Source of the DNA: Bispira polyomma
Lineage: Eukaryota
Length of the DNA stretch: 64,000 bases
Direction: 5' to 3'
Assembly: GCA_965649765.1 (NCBI GenBank)
Contig: OZ287756.1
Span: 5,394,001 to 5,458,000 of the forward strand
The first letter of the stretch is position 1; each line of letters begins with the position of its first letter. The notes below the pieces were generated by a model. That model was given only the letters and a program-made list of their open reading frames with translations. It had not been told where the DNA came from and ran no database searches. The position numbers and the translations under genes are program-made. Below are positions 12,718 to 24,200 of the stretch, piece by piece.

Positions 12718-13896
12718 CCCCAGTTAATGTTAACCATACCTTTTTGAGATTTCAAACCAAAAAGCAGTTTCAGTTGGTCTGTGGGCAGCAACTGAATGAA
12801 GGTCAGTACTAACAACAATACAAATACCAATATAACTCCCCCAAACAATACTCTCCTGCAATATCTATAATTTTTCATTTTTCAGAAAAATAACACCGTG
12901 ACATCGGCAAGAATGGGAGGCAAAGCCAAAAATTTTTGAACATGTTCAAAATGTCCATGGGTGGTCGGCTCTGAAAGTACATCTTGAGAGAACTGGACAA
13001 AAGGGGTGTGGTCGTAGCATAAACAGGGCTTAAACTGCTTAGAAACTTGATCTGGCCAGACCTGGAGTAATTTGCTGTAATCTGGAGCAAACGTTACATT
13101 CACGTGTGACGAACTGCTTAGATCAGCGTAGGTCTGGGCATAAATTTGTCATAAACTGGTAAGATCTGGTCAAAACTGGGCATATCCTGGGCATAAACGG
13201 GGTTGATCAGGGCATAAACGGGGGATTCAAATATATGCAAATAAACATTTCGCCGCCTTTCTCTTCCGACCAGCCAAGTTCTAATGGTAGGGAGTGAACT
13301 GGTATAAAAGTGGTGCGAACTTGGACAGTGTGACTGCCACATAATTAAATTAAGTGGAATTCCATAATCTTTAATCTTAATTCTCGTATACATGAAACAT
13401 GATACAGAAAGAAGAAAAAAAAATAATAATAATACTCATAATACACACATTACGCACGCTTGCCGAAGTCTTTCACAAGCCAGTGAATACAAGTCATTGC
13501 TGGCTGGCTGTGTAACAGGTGAGAGTATAACAAAAAATGTATTTATCTATGCCGGATCAATACTTGTATTGCATCACAAGGCTTCACCATGAGTATTGTG
13601 TACAAATATGACGTTCTACAGAGATTTCAAATAGTGTGACGTCACAATGCAAGAATCGACGTAGAATTCTATGAGTATTTTATTCACTTTGTGACAAACT
13701 ATATCAGCGACGTATTTGTGTGTTTACGTTACTTAACCCTTAAAGTCACTTTATTATTGCAGTACATTTTTTCTTCTGCATTGAATTAAAAAAAATTAGC
13801 TACAAACTTTTAACATATATTGTGTTTTCTTTGTGTTTTCATTGCATTAGGTCACTAAAGACAATATAGAGGTTGTTTATATTTCCCATTTTTCTG

Positions 13897-14580
13897 GGGC
13901 TGTATTCACTAAGATGGATCAAGCTGAGCGAAAAATCAGCTCAAGATCAGCTCAGGATTAAGATCAGCTCAAAAAAAGGCTCAGCTGATCTTTGGATCAA
14001 ATCAGTATTCACAGAGCAAGGATCAGCTGAGCCAAAAATTAGATAATTTTTAAACAACAAAAACACAAGTTTAAGTTTTTATACATATTAAACAGCTGTT
14101 ATATGAATTAATTTCCATTTAGATTATATTTTTATGCATTACGTTAATTATTGTAAGCAAAAGAATATTTTAAATATTTTGGTTTTAATCCAAAAACTTA
14201 AGCTCCGCCCACTTTTGATCCTTGAAAAATACACAAAACATAGCCTCTTTTCACAACAATTTAAACCAACAAAGAACTGTAAATAGCTACTCTTAAAATA
14301 CCATATGTAAGTTTAAAGAATCCGAGATAATTTATCAAGGATTAATTTTATGAACACATTGTTAGTTTGTTTATTACAAAGCTCCAAACTTTGATCCAAA
14401 TCTTGATCTACCAAAATGGATGGATCATAGTTGAGCCAAAAGATGAGCGAAAAATCAGCTTAACATTTTAGTGAATACCAAATTTAATCTGATCCAAAAA
14501 TTTGAGCTAATTTTTGGCTCAGCTAATTTTTGGCTCAACTTGAGCTGATTTTTCGTTGATCCCTTTTGTGAATACGGCCC
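13897..14580. mobile_element. PIF/Harbinger-type MITE
   Basis: TIRs GGGCTGTATTCAC...GTGAATACGGCCC, subterminal CAGCTCA/TGAGCTG repeats, TSD CTG. The unit-2 copy (41542-~42205) has a damaged right end. Confidence 0.8.
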
Positions 14581-15419
14581 CTGGTCACCTTTTTTTGCTT
14601 TTTTTTCAGTTAAATCAGTTTATTCACCCTTTTTTTACAGTATTTAATTTCACTGACTACCGGGGAGGCGAGCGTGGAAACCTTCCATCGGTGTCTCACA
14701 GTATGATTCATACACAGTATGAATACATAAATACATTAAATTGTTAATTTTATGTTGATATAACTAAAAACAATTTTTACACAAAAGACTCAAGACACAA
14801 CACTACAATGCTACAGAATAGTTTGTGTATATTCAACTAACTTATTAAAAAATTCATATTTTTTCCATTTCTGCATGTGACACACAAGACCTAACAAATA
14901 AGTACATTTATTTGTTTTTCATTCAAATAGCACTTGAAAATATAAAAGTTTGCTTGTAGAATTAAAGTGTTAACTTCTCTGTGGTGTAAAAGATTTTTTA
15001 AATTGTATTCCAAAGTTATATTTCTCAAACTAAAAAATATGACATATTCTTTATAAAATTTTCCCCAAGTTTTAAATAAATTTAACCAGTATGTTTTAAC
15101 TTGTGAACATTTATAAAATAGATGCTCAATAGTATGAGTTTCTGTGCTGCATATGTATCAATTTGGTTCACTCCTTTTTTCATTTGATAAAGCAAATTTG
15201 TCTGTGCTAATAAACCGAAAAATATCTTGCATTGCATTTCTTTTACTTTATTCTCTATTGATAGCTTATTGTACTATAGTGAAAGTTAGTGAACATACAA
15301 TATCTTCATTGCTTTTGTTTTATCTTTCCTCCAAATATTGGCGACAAAAGATGATCATCTGCCTGACTACAACTTCTGTTATAAGCATTGCACATAACAA
15401 CATTGGATTTTGACTTAAG

Positions 15420-16870
15420 CTCTGACTTATTTTTACCACCCGAGCTACTAGAACTACCTTCATGATGTATACTGTCCTTATGGGTACGCTGTGTTAACCT
15501 TGATCTGAGGTTATGGATCTCAAATTCAAATTTTTACACTTAACTCTGCCCTTCTCCATTTATAATAATATCTGACAGTGAGCACTCTCTACAGTGTACC
15601 ACGAGGTCTCTAAGCCATCGCCCATAAGCTGCATACCATACTTGAGCATGTTATTTCTAACCTTCTCATCCCTTTCCTCATGTATACAGCCTAAATACCC
15701 TTGAAACCACATGACCTGCTTTTTACCTGAGATATTATAACAGAGCTCATGGGGCCAATTTATTACATGCTTTACATTGTGTTCGGAAGTTCTTTGAAGC
15801 CCTGATTTAACTTCTTACCACTTTCCTCGGGTGATCTGTAGAGCTGTGAGCTATGCTTATGCAGCCGCTTGTCCACCTGCGCCTGGATCTGCTTATTGGA
15901 TTGTAAGTACCTCTGGCTGGGTAGAATTACATCGTCCTGGTCATCATAGTCAGCATGGAATTCTGGGTCATAATCTGGTTGGTTTTTATGCCTGCGTTGT
16001 GGGATATTAACAGACAGTTCCTCGTCTGACTGGATGTCAGGACGATAACCACGTCGCACAGGTGAACTCTGCAGACTCTGTGAGCATCTGCAGACAACTT
16101 ATAGTCCCGATCCCTCCTCACATAGCTCATTTTGTTCTCCAACCGATTTAACTTCGCCAGTATTATATACAATTTGCTAGACTGTTCAGTTTCTCCTGGT
16201 ACCTGCTCTTCCTGGGTAATCCGCCTGGTGCCGAGGGCTCCATCACTGGGTCTGCTGTCCTCTTCCTGGGTCCTCTTCCGACTCCTGATGACAGGGAGTG
16301 TATCCATATGATTTAAAATACATTGCCTTCCCACAGGCCTCTGATGCACGGTCGGACACTTTTTACAATAGGCAGTCTTTAATGACATTTTTGTTTCCTA
16401 AAATGGTCTATGTATTGTCTGAACACTGTAAAATAAAACGTGAGGTGCTGCAGGTTATGCTTGCCAGAAAGGGAAGTGTGTGTAAATTATAAATAAAATA
16501 AAATGATGAAACTAAAAGCTTTCAGATAAAACATGCTAAGCGTGGAAAGAAAATATTGGCACACGTCTCTTTATGATAGGCTGAATAAGCCAAAACAAGC
16601 ATAAATTACAGAGTCCCCCAAGCACAACGACTCAGCATGTCTCCCAGCAAGCAACTAATGACCCTGAGGCTCTTAAACAGGGGATTTTATAGTTGTTGCT
16701 TTCCCTAACACACAACTTGGAATGACCCATTACTAGAATGGGGTGAGGGGTGAAGGGTTTATGTTTCTAAAAGGGAAGGAGGGTGTCCACCTCGGACTGA
16801 CCTTACGTGCTGCGCAGCTTACTCACAAAATAACTTATTAGCAATAACCCCCGGCTCCGACAATGATCCC
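15420..16870 (-). mobile_element. degenerate DIRS/Ngaro-like (tyrosine-recombinase retrotransposon) ORF1/gag remnant
   Basis: Frameshifted pieces give N-terminal CKKCPTVHQRPVGRQC and KSGLQ...VINWPHE...WFQGYLGCIHEERDEKVRNNMLKYGMQLMGDGLETSW...AHCQILL*MEKG, a motif pattern I associate with DIRS-group ORF1. No RT or YR seen. Confidence 0.6.
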
Positions 16871-17293
16871 TTGCTTTAATAAGTTAAGGTGGGTATAACC
16901 CTCACTTAAGGTAAGCTTACCTGAACTTAAATTTTAAGTGTTAAGGTTATTATTTTATATTAGCCACACATTTTAACATTACTTAATATCTGAAATATTA
17001 AGTAAAGATGACACTAAAATTTATGTATAACCCATTGGTATACATATTGGCACTGGAAGATACGACCACACATATATGCACTTGTCTGTATTGTTCAGAA
17101 CTTGCGTGGAGTATTTTTGTAACCTTGATCCTGCACTATAAATCACATTCATACGACACCAATGTTCAGTACCAAAGTATGTAATAACAATGCTAGACAT
17201 TCGTCATTAACCTTTAAGAAGATGACGTTTTGCATTGCTCTTTTTTTCTTTGTAAAAGTACCAAATTTCTATTGAGTTCACTGCAAATTTGTG

Positions 17294-17330
17294 TATAAAA
17301 AAAGGTAGTTTGTACTGGTATCTAATCACT
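17294..17330 (+). promoter_or_regulatory. TATA box and putative initiator of peptide gene copy 2
   Basis: TATAAAA at 17294-17300, Inr-like TCACT at 17326-17330, ATG at 17356; same layout at 44911. Confidence 0.6.
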
Positions 17331-17355
17331 CCATTGGTTGTTTGACTACACTACA

Positions 17356-17448
17356 ATGCTGAAGCTGCTTGTGTTGAGCCTGTTTTTGCTGGCTGGTCTG
17401 AATGATGCTGGACCTCTGCAACAAAGGATTCTTGGTGAAGAGAATGAG
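17356..17448 (+). CDS. Cys/Tyr/Pro-rich prepropeptide copy 2, exon 1 (signal peptide + pro-region)
   Basis: MLKLLVLSLFLLAGLNDA-GPLQQRILGEENE then donor GAG|GTGGGT, phase 0, in frame with the acceptor at 20600. Too short for the ORF track. Confidence 0.8.
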
Positions 17449-20400
17449 GTGGGTGTTTGTATTGTATGTTTGAGTTTGTATTAGTTTCGAACCAGCGAGA
17501 CGAACACACTACAACTGTTATTGTATTTATCAGTGAGTATACGTTTCCACTTTGTTTCAGATTCGTCTTCATTCAAAGCACTTTGTTTATATCCTTGATT
17601 ATTAGTGAGCATTAGTGGATATGCCACATATATTTTGGGATGTTTAAAACATTTCTGTTAAAAAGCTATTTCATAAGGGGTTTTGTCAATTTTTTCCAGT
17701 AGCGAGGTGTTGTTGGCTCGTTTTGCATTAGTGTCAATTAGTAGCAGCTAGATACAAATTGTTGGTATTGGTGAGGAATTATTGTGTATTCAGTAGTGTT
17801 TATGATGTCTTTATTTCTCATGGGTGGGCATTAGTGTGTATTCAGTAGTGTTTATGATGTCTTTGTTTCTCATGGGTGGAGATTAGTGTCAGTCGGTAGG
17901 TATATGTCAGTTTTGTAGCCCAAGCTTGTGTCAGATTGTTACAAATATGCCACAACTTTGCGGCGGTGGGTTGGAGGGATGAGGAGGTCTCTTCATGAAC
18001 AATAGGCCACGAACCAGAATTTACTATATACACCAAAACGGCTGAATATTTGTCTATATCTGACCAAGCCATTAATGCAGGTATAATTAAACTTTTAACA
18101 TAGAGATTTTCCTTGGTGCCTGTATTTTAAATATAATCCAGGTATTTTTCATTCAGCACAGGGCACTACCATCTTAGAAAAAATATGTAAGGCCTTTATG
18201 GTTGGAAGCAATCAACTGGTCCAAACTGAGGGGTGTGACATTATTGTTAATTTATCAAGCATAAATTTGCTTAGGATAACTTATTATTCATCAATCAGAG
18301 ATTTTTACTTGTTATAGCAATTAGGAACTCTAGTACTTTATTTCAAGCAAAATATTTTTAGAATTCACTCAAAACATTTAGCTTTTCTGTTAACTTTAAT
18401 GAAGAATGTCCACATTAGCTAGTGTGTATGTTATCTTTATGCTGGGACAGCATACATGTGCATATTGCAACTAAAGGAGCTGAACTTGTTTTCAATCAAA
18501 ATTTAGCAAATCCATCAGAACTTTTCAGTTTCATCAGGCATGAAATGTAGTAAATGTCTAAGTTCGAATTAGTGTCAAAACATTGATATCACAAGCAAAT
18601 AGCATCTATTAAACGTAATAATCTAATGATAAGATCATTCTCTTGATCGCATCAAATGCAGTCAGATAAAAATATTGAAAGCCACTCGTGATTTTTGTGA
18701 AAATAATGATTAGAGATTTAAAATACAAAAGTTTTAAAATGGACAATTGAATGGGATTCATTATTCATGTGTATATTTTACAAAAATTGTCATGTAGCTT
18801 TAATTTATTTTTTAAAATATTCTTATTAATACACTAATATAAAATATACATTTCACATACACACAATAATTTTTGCACACATATTACATTAACATAAAGT
18901 ACTGAATACTATTATGAATCTATGAAGAATTGTATCAAGGGATATAAATTAATGTAAAGACAAAACGTATTAAACGATTGACAACACGCCCCCCCCCCCC
19001 AAAAAAAAAAAAATAAAATGAGATTAATATATTTTATTATTACAACTAAACATTTCTTGTTGCATATATATATAGATATTTATATATCTATATAGTATGG
19101 CATAACAAGGTGAATTTATAATAGTAAGAATTCTGCTATGCTGAGAGCATTATATATTATTATTATTATTAATATTATCATTATTATTATTATTATTATG
19201 ACATTATTTCTAACTTGTTCATAATGTGCTCATTCAGCACAGATACATTCTTCCCATATACATATTTCAAAAAAGTATAAGCCGGTGATAAGAAAATAAC
19301 CTGTATTTTTTCAAGTGAATTACACATAAGCCTGTACATCAATCTGTACATCTATATATATATATATATATATCCAAATGTCATCCAGGTATATATATTT
19401 TTTTAATTAAAACTTACAAAATACTGACAGCTGCAGTGAAACGAATCTTCTATCGTATTTAGACAAAAGCATGTGAAATACAGACATAAGTTAGTAATCA
19501 AACCAACATATTAAGAACATATTGGAAACATAAAAAGCCACTTGGAAACAGAACTGTATATGTCACAGAATCTTAACATATGTCACAGAATCTTAACATA
19601 TGTCAAAGGTCTCCAGTTAAGATTAGGAACATTTAAGCTAGCGGTAAAGATGGGCAGATACAAGAAACAAAAATGTGGACATGTGGAGTGAGAAAGCACA
19701 TGTAAAATCATGCATTATTATCGGCTTGTTATCAGCTTATTATCTTGTTATCAGCTTATATATAACACTTATTGTGGTAATTTTAATGTAACTGTTTTGT
19801 GGACTGATCAATAAATGAGCCTTGTTGGATCATTAACTTCGTAAAATGATACTAATATGTAGTTGTTATGTAGAAAAGTCATTTTTGAATGTAAATTACA
19901 CACATACACCCAACCAAAACGAAAGACCTCAGCACATAGAAAATAATAGAAGTCTTTGTGTTTCATCCCTTGTTTTAAAAATTGGGGTAAAAAAAATCAT
20001 GGTAACCTTGACTTTCTGTTAAAGTCACCTCAAAGCTTAAAGCTTTTCTTGGGGGATAATGAAAACTCAAGTTAAGGTTAACATACCTAATTAATCTATT
20101 GTTTTCAAAATTGGGTTAAAACAAATCATGGCGGCCTTAACTTGATGTTAAGGTCTCCTCAAGTTGAGTTTAACTTAAAATGCATTTTTAAATGGCACCC
20201 TGTGCAATGCTTGTGAACATGTCTTTTGGGCACTGTATCAAATGCATAATACACTGTAGATAAAGTTCGGCTGTTCAATCTTTCTGTGGTAGGTTTCTGG
20301 CGGACAAAAAATTGTGTGATTGAAATATTATTGTGTGATTATTTTCTCAGAGTGGCTTTTGTTTGCAAACTAACTTTTTATGCATGTGTATTTGATGGAA

Positions 20401-20599
20401 GAGCTAAAACACAAAACCATGTGGTACACATTTTAGGTATCCATGGTGTGATTTTAATAGAAATGGTTCATTATTTTACAATAGAACTAAACTATTTCAG
20501 CTCGAAAATTAAGCTCATTTTAAATGATCAATGAAGTTGGATAAATGCATGAGGTCAAAAACACTTGTTTACATTATATAATTCCTATAATAATTGTAG

Positions 20600-20920
20600 G
20601 TGGATCACGTGAGAGACAAGAGAGCCAGTGGGCTGTTCTACTGTTACTACCTGGCTCATCACCTGTGTGACCACTACATTCCCACCTGTAGTTCTTACAC
20701 AATCTCCTATGTGTGTGCCCATGTCATAAATGTTCCCTCCGCTTACAACCCTCCCTGCTATTACTACGGCTACTACTACTACACCTGCTGTTGCTACAGA
20801 TACACCTGCAACAACCCCCCAACTCCAGCCCCACCGACACCCGCCCCGTCCCCACCTTCCCCACCATCCCCACCAATCCCTCCAATCCCACCATTTAGGG
20901 AGGAATTTGAAATTCCTTGA
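20600..20920 (+). CDS. Cys/Tyr/Pro-rich prepropeptide copy 2, exon 2 (chimeric between copies 3 and 1)
   Basis: ttgtAG|GTG acceptor; 106 codons plus stop; spliced product 137 aa. Confidence 0.85.
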   Translation: MDHVRDKRASGLFYCYYLAHHLCDHYIPTCSSYTISYVCAHVINVPSAYNPPCYYYGYYYYTCCCYRYTCNNPPTPAPPTPAPSPPSPPSPPIPPIPPFREEFEIP

Positions 20921-21262
20921 TTATAGTGAGAGCAAGAGAGAGGAAGAGGTGTGGTATGGAAGATCTGTGTCATGCCTCTGTGAATGGCTGAAACATATTG
21001 AACTTATTTGATGTAAATACTGATAATAATTAATAAACATATCAGTCATATTGCATTTCTTGTTTTCTTTAGTTGTTTTAGAGGGAGGCCCGCAAAAACA
21101 CAATCTAAAGTCTAATTACAAATTTGATATAAGACTAACAGCATTTTAAAATTGATTGTACACTTTATGATAGAGATAAAATAGTTTGATTGTGTTGTCG
21201 ATAACGTGTGAGTAAATTTTAATCTCTTGAGTTTAGAAGAAACATTGATTAACTTAATGTCA

Positions 21263-24200
21263 AGGTTATAACTGGCTCTGGAACAGTGTTAATAGGTCAA
21301 AAAGAAATATTATTAGCAATTAATATCTACCAAAGGTGATAAGCCAAGACAATTTGGCGAAGAATTGGCGACCTATCTCATTGCTATCGGTTATTTATAA
21401 AATTGCATCATCAGCTTTGGCTTTGAGGATGCGACCAGTTTTAGATAAATTGATATCAAACTCTCAGTCAGGTTTTATGGTTGGTCGCTGTATTGGTGAA
21501 AACACACGTTTGATATATGATTTGATACATTATACAAATATGAACAAAATCCCAGGTTTATTATTGCTCAATGATTTTCAAAAAGCTTTTGACTCTGTGT
21601 CTTGGTCTTTTCTTTAATCAACTCTCAAAATTTTTCTTCAAAAAAAATTTTTGTGAATGGATAAAGGTGCTTAATACTAATGTTAAGGCAGCCATTCTTC
21701 AATGTAGAATACTTTCAGAATTTTTTGAGATAGGGCGTGGACATAGGCAAGATGATCCAATAGCTGCCTAATTATTCATACTGTGTACTCTAATAATGTA
21801 TCTACTAATTGTAGCGGGACGGGGGGCCACCCCGTCCACCGTCCACTCTTCTCCATCCGGGGGGAGGGATCAAACCCCCCCCCCTGTTGCCCCGAGCCCT
21901 CGAGGGAGAACGACCCTGCCACGGCCTGAAGGGGACCGTCGGCGCCGACCCGACACACTCTACTGGATGTCTGGCCGGAACCCCGCGCTACCACCGCCCA
22001 GCGCGGCTCCCCGGAAGGGGGGCGCACCCCCAGAGAAGAAACCGAGAACGGGTGCTGCTGCATGAGGGACCGACCTCTTTGTCGTATCCCCTTCCGATGG
22101 TTTCTCTTCCACCATGTATCTGCCTATCTTCTATCTATATAGGATCTAACCTATCACCCACTGACGCTAGTTATTCATACTTTCCGTTTGCTGCCACCAT
22201 GTCGATTAGGTCGACAAGACCATAGACCAAGAGTTAAAACTATCCCACCTAACCAAAACTCATCTTGGTACTCTGGGTTCCCCTACCACCCACTAGCTGG
22301 GACAACACTGGCCGGTTACCCACCGACCAACCAATTCACCCTGACCCATTTCCCGTGGTCCCACCCAGCTACCGACCAAAAGCTGTTACTGGAATATTCT
22401 TTACGGATAGTCCAACCTTAAGTTTTCACAATTTAGTAGTGTAAACTGAGCACACTGTAGAGTCAGAGTCGTGAGCAAGTGAGATATTGCAGCCTAGGTT
22501 CAAGGATTTCTTTGTTAGGACACCTATGCAATTTTACCTTACAACTAATTCTTGGAGGAGTACAGTCACTGTTTTCGAAGAAGATATGTTCTACGGACGG
22601 ACACGCTGTCAACCAACTCAAAAGAGTGCAGGTTTGTAAACCAAGGTCAAGGTCATTTGCCTTTAAGGTCGTGGTCGAGGTCACCCTCTAATCTTAACCC
22701 TACTGATTTTACTGGCAAACCCAGGTCATGAGTTGATCAAAGTTATTTTAATAGAGTGGAAAACACAATAATGGAAACACAATAAATGACATTTCAAACA
22801 AGTATATATTAACAACAAATGTAAATATTAAAACGGACAAAATAGATGTGGGGTACAATATTAAAACGGAAAGCCACACATATATGTATATAATAGCAAA
22901 CACCAATTATTAGCTGACTTAGTATTAATATTAAAAGAAAGGAGATTATAAACAGTTAGGTTTTATATTTTAGAATTAGAACAATATATAGAAGTTAATA
23001 CCCACACATAACATTGAAAGAAAGAAATAGACACAACAAACACAAATTAACCAAGGAAACACACAACATTTACTGAGGCTATGACATATGACAAAATTAA
23101 GATTTTAGTTACAATTTGGAAAATATAGGATTTAATAGTGTACTTAAACTCAAAATAATTGATTAAGGATTTTGATTTATTTAAAATTTAGTAAAGTATG
23201 GGATTTCATAATGTTATTAACAATAATTAAGTTAGGATTTGTTATATTTTTAATTTAGAAAAGTATAGAATTTAATAATAAAGTTAAATTATGTGATGTA
23301 TTATAACGTTACATCACATAATTTGAACCAAAAGGGGGGATATATACGCAGCAAGTGGTGATATAGAATAATTATTTCTAAGCAACAAAAATTGTAAAGT
23401 TTAAGAAAACAATAGTATTATGCATCTGCATCGACAATTATTTGTAAGTTAAAGAAAACAATAATATTGGGCATTTGTATCGACAATTATTTGCAAGTTA
23501 AAGAAAACAATAATATTAAGCATTTACATCAACAACTATTTGAAGGTTAAAGAAAGAATATTATTATTTGTTACTCAGGTCAAATTTCACTGTGATTATA
23601 ATTAATTACTGCTGGAAACATTACTTTCAACTTAGAATTATTATTTTACCATTTCAACACAATCATTGAGTTTAGTTGTTTCAAGTTTAAATAATTGTCT
23701 CTATATTATAACACTAGTTCTACCAAAAATCCCACTACAATTATAAAGTTTACTTTCTTTTAAGCCTAATTAAATGACTCTATACTATAATACAAGTTCT
23801 AACGAAAAATTCCACTGTATCAGAAATCCCTATAACTCCCATATTGCATGTACTAACTCGATCCTACCTACTGTTTAACTTAAACCTTTCCTAACCTAAT
23901 TAATGGGGTGCTCAATTATATTTGTCCTCCCATATTTGCTTCCCTGTACCATGTGGCGAAGTCCTGGGATGGTCTATATATAGACAGAGCCCCTGCAACT
24001 TCCCACCACATCATGGGTACGGTCAACAAATACCGGGACTGGGAAACAAAGGGGTGAAACAAGGTTAAAGATCAAGGTCCAGGTCAAAGTTATATCCCAC
24101 CTACCAATATGAAAGATGACCCAGATGATTGAAATGGCAACATTTGAATAGGTACTTTCACCATACATGGCCTCATCGCCGTCGCGGATAACCAATACAG

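Noticed and set aside
18510-18545. Minus-strand CTGATGA-AACT-GAAA as a minimal hammerhead
   Set aside because: No supporting stems I or III.
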